Source: an uncultured Acidobacteriota bacterium
GTDB lineage: Bacteria; Acidobacteriota; UBA6911
Direction: 5' to 3'
DNA length: 64,000 nt
NCBI GenBank assembly: GCA_963843575.1
Contig: CAWJKZ010000015.1
Span: forward strand, 64,001-128,000
This document shows, one piece after another, positions 49,096 to 61,319 of the stretch; position 1 is the first letter of the stretch, and each line of letters starts with the position of its first letter. Below the pieces are notes generated by a model, which worked only from the letters and a program-made list of their open reading frames with translations, did not search any database and was not told the DNA's origin. A program made the translations under genes and the position numbers.

Positions 49096-51288
49096 ATGAT
49101 AGTTCTGCGTAAATCGTTTCTTGTAGCCGTTCTGCTCGTGCCGCTGTCGGCGCTCCGCGCCGAGGAGGGGATGTGGATGCCGCAGCAGATCCCGGCGCTC
49201 GCGTCGCGGCTCCAGGCGCTGGGTTTCAAGGGCGACTCCAAGGAGTTCGCCGACCTCACCGGGCAGCCGATGGGGGCCATCGTTTCGCTGGGCGGGTGCA
49301 CGGCGTCGTTCGTTTCACCCGACGGGCTCATCGCGACCAACCACCACTGCGTGACCGGCGGGCTGCAGTTCAACTCCACACCGCAGCGCGACCTGCTGCG
49401 CGACGGCTATCTCGCCGGGACCCGCGAGGACGAACTTTCCAACGGGCCCGGGTCGCGCGTCTATGTCACCACCTCGGTCAAGGAAGTCACCGACGCCATC
49501 ACCGGCGGCATCGACCCGAAGTCCGCCGACCGGCAGCGTTACGACACGATCGAGCGGCGCATCAAGGAGCGGGTGGCTGCGTGTGAAAAGGGCGGCCTGC
49601 GCTGCACCGTCGCCTCCTTTTTCGAGGGGCTGAAGTACTTCGAGATCGCGCAGCTGGAGATCAGGGACGTACGGCTCGTCTACGCCCCGGCCGAGGGGAT
49701 CGGCGTCTTCGGCGGCGAGACCGACAACTGGCGTTGGCCCCGCCAGACGGGCGACTGGAGCTTCCTGCGGGCCTACATTGGCAAGGACGGCAAACCGGCC
49801 CCCTTCGCCAAGGACAACGTTTCGTACAAACCGGCGCACTGGCTCAAGGTCTCTACCGAAGGGGCGAAGGCCGGCGAACTCGTGTTCGTCGTCGGGTACC
49901 CCGGCCGCACGCAGCGCCACCAGACGTACGGCGAGGTGCGGGAAACCACCGAGTGGGCCTTCCCGCGGGCGATACGCCTCGCCCAGGAGCAACTGGCCAT
50001 CATCGATACCCTGACCCGGGACAACAAGGCGCTCGCGCTCAAGCTGGCCGGGCGCATCCAGGGGCTGAACAACGGGCTGACCAACCAGAAAGGCATGCTC
50101 GAAGGCCTCGTCAAGGGCGGCAGCCTGGCCCTCAAGGAAGCGCAGGAGAAGGAACTGACGGCCTGGATCGCCGCCGATCCCGCCCGGCAGAAGAAGTACG
50201 GCGACATCCTGCCGGCGCTCAATGCCCTGCAGGCCGAGGGGGAGAAGACGCGGGAACGCGATGCCGCGCTGGGAACCCTGTCCGGCTCCTCCTCGTACCT
50301 GGGCGCGGCGCAGACGCTGTACCGGCTGTCGATCCAGCGGCCGAAAAACGATCTCGACCGCGACCCCGGGTACCAGGAGCGCGACTGGGGACGCCTGCGG
50401 GAGGCACAGGAACGCCTCCAGCGCACGATAGACCCCGTCGCCGACCGCGCCCTGCTCCGCTGGGCCCTGCTCGCGGCTGCCGCGCTCCCTGCCGACCAGA
50501 GGATTGAGCCGCTCGACGGCGCTGCCGGCTTGTCGGCGGGAATGGCCGGGGCTGACGCCCAGAAGGCCGTCGATGCTTTCCTCGACGGGCTGTACGCGTC
50601 GACGAAGCTCGGGGACCGGGAATTCCGGTTGAGCCTCATGGACAAGAGCACGGCCGAGCTCGACGCCACCCGCGACCCGTTCATCGAGCTGGCCCGCAAG
50701 TTCGAGCCGTTGAACGAGAGCCTGCGGGAGCGGGCCAAGAACCGCGCGGGCGCCTACGCGCGTCTGCGCCCCCGGTACATGGAGGCGCTCCTCGCCCGGG
50801 CCGGCGGCCTCGTCGCCCCCGATGCCAACAGCACCCTGCGCGTGACCTACGGCCAGGTCAAGGGCGTCGACGCCCGCGACGGGCTGTTCTACAAGCCCCA
50901 CACGACGCTCGAGGGGATCGTCGAGAAGAACACCGGCGAAGGGGAATTCAACGCCCCTCCGAAACAGCTGGAGGCCATCAAGACGCTGCGCGCCGGGAAG
51001 AAGACGCCTTATCTCGACCCCGCGCTCAAGGATGTCCCGGTGAACTTCCTGTCCACGGTCGACACGACCGGAGGAAACTCAGGCTCACCGACCCTGAACG
51101 GCAAGGGCGAACTGGTCGGGCTGCTCTTCGACGGCACCTACGAGTCGGTCGCCTCCAATTTCCTCTTCGACCAGGTCAAGACGCGATCGATCCACGTCGA
51201 CAGTCGCTACATGCTCTGGAACATGACGGAAGTCGACGGCGCCGGCCGGCTGCTCAAGGAAATGGGGATCGGCACCGCCGCGCGCTGA
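49096..51288 (+). CDS. S46 family dipeptidyl peptidase
   Basis: AEEGMWMP, TNHHC, NWRWPR, PDANSTLR and TTGGNSGSP motifs. Confidence 0.93.
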   Translation: MIVLRKSFLVAVLLVPLSALRAEEGMWMPQQIPALASRLQALGFKGDSKEFADLTGQPMGAIVSLGGCTASFVSPDGLIATNHHCVTGGLQFNSTPQRDLLRDGYLAGTREDELSNGPGSRVYVTTSVKEVTDAITGGIDPKSADRQRYDTIERRIKERVAACEKGGLRCTVASFFEGLKYFEIAQLEIRDVRLVYAPAEGIGVFGGETDNWRWPRQTGDWSFLRAYIGKDGKPAPFAKDNVSYKPAHWLKVSTEGAKAGELVFVVGYPGRTQRHQTYGEVRETTEWAFPRAIRLAQEQLAIIDTLTRDNKALALKLAGRIQGLNNGLTNQKGMLEGLVKGGSLALKEAQEKELTAWIAADPARQKKYGDILPALNALQAEGEKTRERDAALGTLSGSSSYLGAAQTLYRLSIQRPKNDLDRDPGYQERDWGRLREAQERLQRTIDPVADRALLRWALLAAAALPADQRIEPLDGAAGLSAGMAGADAQKAVDAFLDGLYASTKLGDREFRLSLMDKSTAELDATRDPFIELARKFEPLNESLRERAKNRAGAYARLRPRYMEALLARAGGLVAPDANSTLRVTYGQVKGVDARDGLFYKPHTTLEGIVEKNTGEGEFNAPPKQLEAIKTLRAGKKTPYLDPALKDVPVNFLSTVDTTGGNSGSPTLNGKGELVGLLFDGTYESVASNFLFDQVKTRSIHVDSRYMLWNMTEVDGAGRLLKEMGIGTAAR

Positions 51289-51314
51289 TTCTGGGGGACC
51301 CCTGTAAACTGCAC

Positions 51315-51420
51315 AAGTGGGTTCGGGCTTCAGCCCGGACGCTGTGCTCGCATCGGGCAGGTGAACTCTATGGAACGGACTTAAAGACGTCCGGGCTTGG
51401 CAGAGCCCGGACCCACTTGT
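51315..51420. repeat. GTCCGGGCTTCAGCCCGGAC REP doublet
   Basis: Inverted copies between convergent genes. Confidence 0.75.
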
Positions 51421-51441
51421 TCTGTACATGAGAGGGGGCGC

Positions 51442-52059
51442 TCAGTTCGTGGGGGCGGCTGTCTTCACGAAGGTGCGGGCCACGCGGAACTCCCGCTGCG
51501 GACCGAAACGGTAGGACACCGCCCAGGAGCCCAGCCGGTCGCTTCGCTTCAGCAGCGGGCCCGATTGCGGATTCCACTTCCCGCCGGAGTGAAACAACCC
51601 GTTGGAAATGCCCAGCTCCCAGCGGCGTCCCAAGGTGCGGCTGAAGTCCAGCGTGTCCAGGACCTGGTAGCGGCCGACTGCGCCGGACAGCGGAGCAAAG
51701 TGCGCGAGGAAGGAATTCAGCTTCCAGCCGTCCTTGTCCAGAGTGAACAGGAGGGCGGTCTTGATGCCGCGCTCGCCGTCCTCCTTCGCCAGCGTCGCGT
51801 AGAGGAGCGGCGCCAGGGTCAGCCACGGCCGGACTCTGAACCCATAGCCTCCCCCGACGTTGATTTCGTTGTTGCCCGGTACGCCGACGTAGAACACGTC
51901 GACCAGTGCGGCGTTTGGAAAGGTGTAGTTCCAATCGACGAAGCGGTACTTCGTGTCCGCTCCGCGCAGCTCGATGTAGTGCTGTGCCCGGGCGACGGCG
52001 GCGCAGCCGAGGAATGCCAGGGTGCAGAGGGCCAGACCATTCGTCCGGATGCGGCGCAT
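51442..52059 (-). CDS. Hypothetical secreted protein, probable outer-membrane beta-barrel
   Basis: Signal peptide; alternating aromatic beta-strand pattern. Confidence 0.6.
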   Translation of the reverse strand: MRRIRTNGLALCTLAFLGCAAVARAQHYIELRGADTKYRFVDWNYTFPNAALVDVFYVGVPGNNEINVGGGYGFRVRPWLTLAPLLYATLAKEDGERGIKTALLFTLDKDGWKLNSFLAHFAPLSGAVGRYQVLDTLDFSRTLGRRWELGISNGLFHSGGKWNPQSGPLLKRSDRLGSWAVSYRFGPQREFRVARTFVKTAAPTN

Positions 52060-52155
52060 AGTTTCCTCTTCGGCCAATGCGGCCGAAATGTGCCGATTAT
52101 AAGATCAGCCGCGTTATCCGATATACACCGGAGGCAACTGTTTTATGCTGTGGGA

Positions 52156-52890
52156 GTGCCAGAAGGGATTGTCTACGTCGACGAGCGCATCGTGGTGCTC
52201 GACAAACCGCCCGGGGTCAGCCTTCAGACCCGCAGGGCGGAGCCGGGGGCCGCGGTGGAGCGGTTGCTCGGGGCGCTTCCGCCCGATCAGGTTGCGGCTC
52301 ACGGCCTGGACGCCCGCGACCTGCTGCTGGTGCATCGTCTCGATGTGGGCACGTCCGGCCTGGTCCTGCTGGCCCGCGATCCGGAAGCGCACCGCGAGCT
52401 CTCCCGCGCCATGGGCGGCCACGCGGTCGAACGGGTGTACCTCGCGGTGGTGTGGGGACACCCGTCGCCAGCGGCGGGCCTGTACGGTTCGCCGATCGGG
52501 CCGGACCGCCGGGACCGGCGACGCATGGCCGTCGACCTTGCCGGCCGACGGGCGCTGACGCGGTACCGCAGCCTGGCCGCCGCGCTTCACGTCTCGCTCG
52601 TCGAATTGCGTCCGGAGACCGGCCGGACGCACCAGATCCGGGTGCATCTCGCCGCCGCCGGGCACTGGATCGTCGGCGACGACCTCTATGCCGGCGCACG
52701 GCACAGGGCCGTCCGGGACCCGCATCTCCGTTTGCTGCTCTCCGCTCCCCACACGCTCCTTCACGCGTGGCGCCTGGCGCTTCCCGAAAGCCGGCTGACG
52801 CCGGTGCGCTTTTTCGAGGCCCCGCCCCCGCCCGCTTTCCTGGCCGCTCTCGACGGGCTGGGCATCGAGCTCCCACTTGACGCGTACTAG
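52156..52890 (+). CDS. RluA family pseudouridine synthase
   Basis: DKPPG, HRLDVGTSG, TGRTHQIRVH, IVGDDLY and LHA motifs. Confidence 0.92.
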   Translation: MPEGIVYVDERIVVLDKPPGVSLQTRRAEPGAAVERLLGALPPDQVAAHGLDARDLLLVHRLDVGTSGLVLLARDPEAHRELSRAMGGHAVERVYLAVVWGHPSPAAGLYGSPIGPDRRDRRRMAVDLAGRRALTRYRSLAAALHVSLVELRPETGRTHQIRVHLAAAGHWIVGDDLYAGARHRAVRDPHLRLLLSAPHTLLHAWRLALPESRLTPVRFFEAPPPPAFLAALDGLGIELPLDAY

Positions 52891-53027
52891 AAGTGTGGGA
52901 TGGAGAGCCTCAGGCCGGACGTGGGCGGGGGCGGCCCGACCCCCCCCCGAGCTGCCGGCGGCCGCGTCGGGCCGCCGCGGCCCACAGTCACTTGCCTGCG
53001 GTGGGGGCGCTCGGCTAACCTATCGCT

Positions 53028-54692
<1,665 letters not shown>

Positions 54693-54714
54693 CAGCCGCT
54701 TTCGTAAGAAGACA

Positions 54715-54875
54715 AGTGGGTCCGGGCTGTAAGCCCGGACCCGCTGTCGCTATGCGGGCAGGTGGAACTCTATGGAACGGACTTAGCGTCGGGCGAGCCC
54801 GGACCCAGCCTGCCGATCCGTGGGGATCCGCGCGCATCCGCGTCCTAAAAAATACGTTGGCGTATTTGTGAACAT
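54715..54875. repeat. Composite REP cluster
   Basis: gtgggtccgggctgtaagcccggac plus ggggatccgcgcgcatccgcgtcct...tggcgta, as at 21237-21280. Confidence 0.7.
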
Positions 54876-54881
54876 CAGTAC

Positions 54882-55433
54882 TTAGGCCAGGTCCTCGCGG
54901 AGGGCCGCCTGCTGATCCGGGGTGAGACGGGTCTCGCTTTCGAGCCCCGGCAGGTCGATTCCCACCGCGGCCGGAACGCGGCCCCCCACCGGGAAGCGGA
55001 CGTACTGGACGGAGGAAAGTCGGCCGCCTTCGTGCTGCCGCCCGTCGAACCTGCCACGCACGCGGCTTCCGTCCTCGAGCGCCGCGTAGATGTGGGCGGG
55101 CAGGTCGATCCAGTCGCGCAGCTTGGAGGGACGCTCGGCGGCGTCCTCTATCTCGATCAGGAGTGTCGCCCCGAGTTCCCCGTCCTCTCCCAGCAGCTCG
55201 TTGTAGGTGGCCAGCTCGTGCAGGATCTCACGCTCGCGGACGATACGCTCGGCCCGCATCATTTCCTGCACCTGGTAGCGGACGGTGAGCCGGTTTTCGA
55301 ACAGGAACGTGAAGTGGGCACCGACGTGAACCCTGCGGCGCTCCTTTTCCCGCAGCACCTGGGCTCGGAAGGCGTCGCGCGTCTCCTCGTAGGTCTGGTA
55401 ATCGACGATTTGGCTCCGTTGGACGGCGTTCAT
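54882..55433 (-). CDS. DUF3501 family protein
   Basis: RRVHVG..TFLFENR.TVRYQVQEM...LSSVQYVRF; gene context next to rubrerythrin. Confidence 0.85.
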   Translation of the reverse strand: MNAVQRSQIVDYQTYEETRDAFRAQVLREKERRRVHVGAHFTFLFENRLTVRYQVQEMMRAERIVREREILHELATYNELLGEDGELGATLLIEIEDAAERPSKLRDWIDLPAHIYAALEDGSRVRGRFDGRQHEGGRLSSVQYVRFPVGGRVPAAVGIDLPGLESETRLTPDQQAALREDLA

Positions 55434-56797
55434 GACTGTGTCCCTCCCAGGGCAGGCGGAAGTTTGCGTTCGAAGCCGTCCTCGCGATAAGCGCGAGCGA
55501 GGATGGACATCGGGTGCATTGGCTTGACCCCGGCGTGCTGCTGGAACTGCAGCGCCGCCAGCGGGCAGTCCGTGGACCAAAGGTCCGCCTTGGCCTCCTT
55601 CATCCCGTCGAACGCCCGTTTCCCGATGCGCTGCGACGGGCCGAAGCCGTCGACCGTCATGGCGTACGTGCCGTTGTGGCCGCAGCACTCCTGCACGAGC
55701 ACGGGTTTTACCCCCGGTATCTTGCGCAGCAGGTCCCGCGCGCGGAATCCGACTGCCTGCGCGCGCAGGTGGCAGGGCGTGTGATAGGCGACGGGCCCCG
55801 CGGGTGCGCTCTTGAAGTTGGTGTTAAACCGCGGCTGGTCGCGAATGGACCAGAGGTACTCGCTCGGGTCCATGGTGGCGGCCGCGAGTTTCGCGGCTGC
55901 GTCGCGCAGTTGCGGCGCGACCAGCTCGGGGTATTCGCGCCGGAACATCATCGAACAGGTGGGATTGATGACGATGACCTTGGCCCCTTTCTCCACGAAC
56001 GGGAGGAGGCGCCGGATGTTGTCCCGCGCCTGGGCCTGGAGCGATCCGAGGTCGCCCTTTTCCCAGGCGGGCATGCCGCAGCAACGCAGGCCGGCGACGC
56101 ACCGGACGTCGACGCCGTTCTGCTCGAGCACGGAGATCGTGTCTCGCCCGATCTCCGGCTCGTTGTGCTGAACGAAGCAGGTCTGGAAGAGCACGGCCTC
56201 GCATCCCCCCCCGGGTGCCGCCATCCGACCGGTCTTCTCGGCCCAGCGCTCGAACGTGCTGGAGGCGAAATCGGGGAGCAGCTTGTGCCGGTGGATGCCG
56301 ATGGCCTTCTCCATCAGCCAGCGGTTCAGGGGAATGCGGTTGGCGACGTTGGCCAGCCCGAAGCTGGCACGGGCGAACCGTGCCGTCGCGTCCGGGTCCG
56401 CCAGCACGCGGTCGCGCAACTTCACCCCCTCGGCTCGCGCCCGCACGGCGCGGTGCCGGTGGACCAGTTTGGGGAAATCGAGCTGGTAGGGGTGCCGGTC
56501 ACGGGGTGTGTAGGGGCAGTTGACCTCGCACAGCTTGCATTGGAAACAGGTGTCGAAGACCTTCCGCGTCTCCGCAGCGCTGATTTTGCGCACGTCTCCG
56601 TCGTGTTGGTTGTCTATGAGGGAAAAAAGATCGGGAAAAGTATCGCAGAACTTGAAACAAAGCCTGCAGCCGTGACAGACCTCGAAGACGCGCCGAATTT
56701 CCTTGTCGAGCGCGGCTGGGTCCCAGTATTTCTCTTCCGTGGGATCGTACGAGAGCCCGTCCGTCGGCTGGTATGAGATATTTCCGCCTTCGGCCAT
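55430..56797 (-). CDS. Rubrerythrin-associated Fe-S oxidoreductase (CCG domains)
   Basis: CHGCRLC, CFQCKLC...CPY, CCGMP and ECCGH motifs. Confidence 0.88.
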   Translation of the reverse strand: MAEGGNISYQPTDGLSYDPTEEKYWDPAALDKEIRRVFEVCHGCRLCFKFCDTFPDLFSLIDNQHDGDVRKISAAETRKVFDTCFQCKLCEVNCPYTPRDRHPYQLDFPKLVHRHRAVRARAEGVKLRDRVLADPDATARFARASFGLANVANRIPLNRWLMEKAIGIHRHKLLPDFASSTFERWAEKTGRMAAPGGGCEAVLFQTCFVQHNEPEIGRDTISVLEQNGVDVRCVAGLRCCGMPAWEKGDLGSLQAQARDNIRRLLPFVEKGAKVIVINPTCSMMFRREYPELVAPQLRDAAAKLAAATMDPSEYLWSIRDQPRFNTNFKSAPAGPVAYHTPCHLRAQAVGFRARDLLRKIPGVKPVLVQECCGHNGTYAMTVDGFGPSQRIGKRAFDGMKEAKADLWSTDCPLAALQFQQHAGVKPMHPMSILARAYREDGFERKLPPALGGTQS

Positions 56798-56866
56798 CGG
56801 ACCTCCTTGTGGTGAGCCGTATCCAGGGGGATGGGGGCGCGGTCGTCGCGCCCCCCCTCGGGTTGA

Positions 56867-57286
56867 TCAGCTGATGCTCTGCAGCATGTGGGAAAACCTG
56901 CCGGCGTGCGATTTTTCCGCCTTGGCCAGCGTTTCGAACCAGTCCGCGATCTCGGCGAAGCCCTCCGCCCGGGCCGTTTTCGCCATCCCGGGGTACATGT
57001 CGGTGTATTCGTGGGTCTCGCCCTCGATGGCCGCCTTCAGGTTGTCCTCGGTGCCGCCCATAGGCAGGCCGGTCGCGGGGTCGCCCACCTTGCGCAGGTA
57101 GTCCAGGTGGCCGTGGGCGTGGCCCGTTTCGCCTTCGGCGGTCTCGCGAAAATTGCCGGCGACCTCGGGGTAGCCCTCGACGTCGGCGATCTTGGCGAAA
57201 TAGAGGTAGCGGCGGTTCGCCTGCGACTCGCCGGCGAACGCGGCCTTGAGGTTCTCGTGGGTCTTGGTGTTTTTCAGTTCAGCCAT
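56867..57286 (-). CDS. Short rubrerythrin lacking a rubredoxin domain
   Basis: [32 protein letters not shown] and EKSHA motifs. Confidence 0.93.
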   Translation of the reverse strand: MAELKNTKTHENLKAAFAGESQANRRYLYFAKIADVEGYPEVAGNFRETAEGETGHAHGHLDYLRKVGDPATGLPMGGTEDNLKAAIEGETHEYTDMYPGMAKTARAEGFAEIADWFETLAKAEKSHAGRFSHMLQSIS

Positions 57287-57341
57287 GATGTTTCTCTCCG
57301 TGGTTGTGGGGAGACCTGCTCCCCGGGTTGTATCCTCGGGC

Positions 57342-57803
57342 TCAGCGACTGCGCCCGCTTCTTCGCAAGCCGCGCCGGCACGACTCGCATATCCCGAGAA
57401 TGCGGATGTCGAGTTCCTCGGCCTGAAATCCTCCGGGCAAGGTCCGGGGCAGCCCGACCCGCGACAGCGCCGCGTCCTCCAGGTCGCTCATCGTCCCGCA
57501 TTTCCTGCAGACGGCGTGCTGGTGGGGGGAGACGTTGGCGTCGAAGCGGCTTACGCTGTCGGTGGTGCTGACGCGGCGCACCAGCCCCTCGCGCTCCAGC
57601 GCGTCGAGAATGCGGTAGACCGTCGCCAGCGAGAGCGACGACATGCCGTCGCGGAGACGGTCGTGCACCGACTCGGCCGTGGGATGGCTCGTGTCGCGCG
57701 CGAGGGCCCGGTAGACCGCCAGGCGCTGTGGCGTCACCCGCATCCCCTGGGCGCGACAGCGCTCGATGAAGTGCTCGTGCTCGGACATCGCTGAATCCTT
57801 CAT
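57342..57803 (-). CDS. Fur family repressor (PerR-like)
   Basis: TPQR, HPTAE, SLATVYR, H.HAVCRKC and CESC motifs. Confidence 0.9.
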   Translation of the reverse strand: MKDSAMSEHEHFIERCRAQGMRVTPQRLAVYRALARDTSHPTAESVHDRLRDGMSSLSLATVYRILDALEREGLVRRVSTTDSVSRFDANVSPHQHAVCRKCGTMSDLEDAALSRVGLPRTLPGGFQAEELDIRILGICESCRRGLRRSGRSR

Positions 57804-57871
57804 AGCAATTAACTACAGGTGCGAAAGATTACCAGAAACAGAAGCCGGAAGCAAGAAGCCGGAAGCCAAAA

Positions 57872-58248
57872 CTGCGATTCAGACACTGGGGATCCTGCAA
57901 ACTTCCTGGAACGCGGATTCTCGCGGATTTGCGTTGTAGCTCGGCTTAGGGTTCGCGCCAAAATGTGAACTCATTCTTGTGCGAACTCTAAGTTTGCTTT
58001 GATCCGTGTGCAAAGCTCGACGGGGCGCTCTGGATGTGGTTCTCCGGGGTGGGCTGGCGGCAAACGCTCTCGTGCCAGGCCGGACCCGCGCTCCGAGCTC
58101 CAGTGCGCTTGCCGCAAGCCCACCCCGGAGAACCAACCGGCGCTTTGCGCCGGCCGCCGTGCGGCATCCAGGGCGCCCCGTCGAGCTTTGCCGGCGTTCG
58201 TCCGCGTTCGAGGGATTTTGAGTCGCCTGCGCACTGTTTGAATCGCAG
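57872..58248. mobile_element. 377-bp MITE with CTGCGATTCA[G/A]ACA[C/G]TG ends and 9-bp TSD
   Basis: Left end matches the first 19 bp of the 6202 TIR; right end matches 15/17; AAGCCAAAA at 57863-57871 and 58249-58257; nested internal inverted repeats. Confidence 0.82.
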
Positions 58249-58260
58249 AAGCCAAAAGCA

Positions 58261-59191
58261 CTAGAGGCGGGCGAGGGTGACCTGGGGGAGGAGGTGCTCG
58301 ACGTCGGTGAGGACGATGGTGCCGGAGGTCTCGGTCAGGGCGTTGGCGGCTCCGCAGGCCACCGCGAGGCGGGCGGCTTCCGGGAACGGTGTGCCGCGCA
58401 CGATGCCGGCGGCGAATCCGGCCGCGGCCGCGTCTCCGGAGCCGATCGGGTTGACGGCCTCGATGCGTGGCGCCGCCGCGCGCCAGCAGCGGGAGCCGTC
58501 GGATACGGCGATGCCGGCGGCGCCCAGGGTCACGCAGCCCCACCGCGCGCCGGCCTCGACCAGCAGGCGCAGGGCCGACCGCAGCGCCTCGTCGGTGTCG
58601 GCCGGCGCGTGGGTCAGTTCCTGCAGCTCCAGGCGGTTGGGCTTGACGACCCAGGGGCCAGCCGGGAGGGCCAGGCTCAGCGGCTCCCGGGACGCGTCGA
58701 GCACGACGGGGACGGCGGCGCGCTGCGCGAGCTCCACGCAGTCGCGGTAAAACGCCGGGCGAGCCGCCGGGGGCGAGGGAGCCCGAGAGGACGAGGGCCC
58801 GCGCGCCGGGGAGCAGCCTCGAGAGTTTTGCGGCGAGCGCTTCCCAGGCCTCTGCTGCGACGGGCCGCGGCTCCTCGACCAGTTCGGTGGCCGTGCCGCT
58901 GCCTCGGTCGAGCAGGGTCGTGCAGGTGCGGGTCGTCGCGGTGGTGGTGACGAAATCGTGCGCGATCCCCGCCCGGTCGAGTTCCGCCCTCAAAAAGTCC
59001 GAAACCGGGCCGCCGACGAAGCCGAGGGCGAGGGCGTCCTCGCCGAGCGAGTGCAGGACGCGGGCCACGTTGATCGACTTGCCCGAGGCGGTCTCGCGCA
59101 ACTCGACGACGCGGTTGACGGCGTCGACAGTCAGCCGAGGGAAGACCATCGTCCTTTGCAGGGCCGGCGTCGTGCCGAGGCAAATGATCAT
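58261..59191 (-). pseudogene. PfkB/1-phosphofructokinase-family sugar kinase, one frameshift near 58760
   Basis: GKSINVAR and LSGSL in one frame; KPNRLEL and NPIGSGDA in another. Confidence 0.85.
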
Positions 59192-59224
59192 TCCGGGCTA
59201 TTCCCCGATTCGGGTGTCGACATA

Positions 59225-59989
59225 TTACTGCGCCGCGGGCTTGGCGAACTTCGACTCATCGATCTCGACGTTGTGCTTGACCTCGTCGAGCTTGATCGTG
59301 ATTTCCATACCGGGCAGGACCTGCCGCAGCCCGAAGGGAAGCTTCACGCCGTCGACCTCCCGGTAGTCCAGGAAGAACATCTGCAGCTCGACGCTCCCCT
59401 GCGGGCTCTCGCGCTGCACGTCCTGGCGGAGGAGCAGGCCGTTATCGACGTCGAAATACCACTTTTCCACCGTGCCCGAGGCGGGCTCGGCCTCGATGAG
59501 CCACGCGTCCCGCTCGCCGACCTTCTGCCTGCCCTTCACGGTTCGAGCCGGGTAGAGCTCTTTCAGGTGCAGGGGCCGGTAGAAATCCAAGTCGAGCTTC
59601 TTGGCCTCCAGTTCGGCGCCGGCGAGGTCGCGCACGCCGGCCTGGGGCATTTGATCCCAACCGTTCGTGCCGTCGAACCCTTGCCGGATGACCCCGAATT
59701 TCGGCACGTCCAAGACCATGACCGCTTTCCCCGGGGCCTTGACCAGCATGAGGATGGTGCCGCTTGAGCCGAGGGCGGGGACCTCGAAAGTCCCCTTCGA
59801 CTCGCGGCTGGTCAGTTTCTCCAGCGCGGTCCTGCCCCCTATGCTTTCGACGTACTTGTCGAGTATCTGTTCGGATGCCGGGAGCGCCGGGGTAGCTTCC
59901 TCGGCCTTGATTTCTGGTTTCGGCTGGGGTTCCTGGGCCGCCAGCGGGACGGCTCCAAGGAGGAGCATGAGCAACACCTGGTCTTTCAT
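59225..59989 (-). CDS. Secreted hypothetical protein (LolA-like/lipoprotein-sorting-like fold)
   Basis: Signal peptide; ILDKYVESIGG...DYREVDGVKLPF. Confidence 0.7.
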   Translation of the reverse strand: MKDQVLLMLLLGAVPLAAQEPQPKPEIKAEEATPALPASEQILDKYVESIGGRTALEKLTSRESKGTFEVPALGSSGTILMLVKAPGKAVMVLDVPKFGVIRQGFDGTNGWDQMPQAGVRDLAGAELEAKKLDLDFYRPLHLKELYPARTVKGRQKVGERDAWLIEAEPASGTVEKWYFDVDNGLLLRQDVQRESPQGSVELQMFFLDYREVDGVKLPFGLRQVLPGMEITIKLDEVKHNVEIDESKFAKPAAQ

Positions 59990-60141
59990 GCGAAATTCCT
60001 TTCTCTCCCGGGTGGGGCCAAGGCGTTCCATCCCTGTCGGAACGCGACCATCATAGCGTAACGGCCTTGCTGCGGGCGTGGTAATATTCCACTCCCGCAG
60101 CAGATCCGGAAGCGACATCGACGAGTGGGGAAGGGGGCGAA

Positions 60142-60945
60142 TTGAGCAAGGCAGTCAAGCTCTGGGTTCTGGCGTTTGTGGTGACGGCGGCTTCGGCGGT
60201 GTATCAGAGGATCACCGGCCCAACCCACCCGGTCTCCGGGTACGTGACGCTTTCCGGGAGGCCGATCGCGTACAAGCTGGCCAGGAGCCACGGCGGCAAC
60301 ACCAACCAGCCCGTGTCGGTCGAGACCCGGGACCCGCAGATCAAGGGGGACCTGCTGTGGCGCAGGTATCGTGCCGGGGGAGAGTGGACGCGCGTCCCCA
60401 TGGAATTCCGCGACGGCTTCCTTTCGGGCGAACTGCCGTGGCAGCCACCGGCGGGGAAGCTGGAATACCGCGTGGAACTCACCGCCGCGGGGGAGCGGGC
60501 CGCGCTGCCCGAGGGGGGCCCCATCGTGACGCGTTTCAAGGGGGACGTGCCCGTTTCGGTCCTGGTCCTGCACATCATCACGATGTTCGGCGGGATGCTG
60601 CTGTCCACGCGGGCCGGCCTGGAGTTCCTGCAGCCGACCATCAACCTGCGCCGGCTCGCGCTGTGGACCATCGTGTTCCTGGCCATCGGCGGAGCCGTGC
60701 TCGGCCCGATCGTCCAGAAGTACGCCTTCGGAGCCTATTGGACCGGGTGGCCGTTCGGCACGGACTTGACCGACAACAAGACGGCGGTAGCGCTTGCCGG
60801 GTGGGTGGGGGCCTATTTTGCCCTGAACCGCTCACGGCGGCCGCGCCTCTGGGCCGCGCTCGCGGCAGTCCTGCTGCTGGCCGTGTTCCTGATCCCTCAC
60901 AGCCTGTTCGGGTCGGAGTTCGATTACGGACAGAAGGGGCCCTAA
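60142..60945 (+). CDS. Hypothetical membrane protein
   Basis: Multiple TM segments; YQRITGPTHP and WTGWPFGTDLTDNKT. Confidence 0.75.
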   Translation: MSKAVKLWVLAFVVTAASAVYQRITGPTHPVSGYVTLSGRPIAYKLARSHGGNTNQPVSVETRDPQIKGDLLWRRYRAGGEWTRVPMEFRDGFLSGELPWQPPAGKLEYRVELTAAGERAALPEGGPIVTRFKGDVPVSVLVLHIITMFGGMLLSTRAGLEFLQPTINLRRLALWTIVFLAIGGAVLGPIVQKYAFGAYWTGWPFGTDLTDNKTAVALAGWVGAYFALNRSRRPRLWAALAAVLLLAVFLIPHSLFGSEFDYGQKGP

Positions 60946-61012
60946 GCACCCCAATTCGCAAGTACGCTCACGTATTCTTTGGATGGAGCTGGTCACCGAT
61001 TGACCACAGCAG

Positions 61013-61280
61013 AACGCGGATCTTCGCGGATTTTACGGATTCACGCGGATCGGCCGCGCCCGGCATTCCTCCCCGAGGGCCGGCGCTTCGCGCCGAGGCA
61101 TCAAAGCCCGGCTCCCGCAGGAAAGCGCGCGGTTGGAAGGATGCCGCTTCGATTCAAGGTCCACGTTTTCCTGCGGGAGCCGGGCTTTGATGCATGCCAA
61201 AGGGCAGCCCTCGGGGAGGAATGCCGGGCGCGGCCTGCCGCCGGGTCGATCCGTGGCGATCCGCGCGCATCCGCGTCCTG
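61013..61280. repeat. Nested long inverted-repeat element (REPIN-like)
   Basis: Perfect 29-bp (61052-61080/61207-61235) and 27-bp (61098-61124/61167-61193) inverted repeats inside ACGCGGAT-family ends. Confidence 0.8.
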
Positions 61281-61319
61281 ATAAATACATTGTTTCCGTT
61301 CGGCTTGTCTGCGCTGCCG

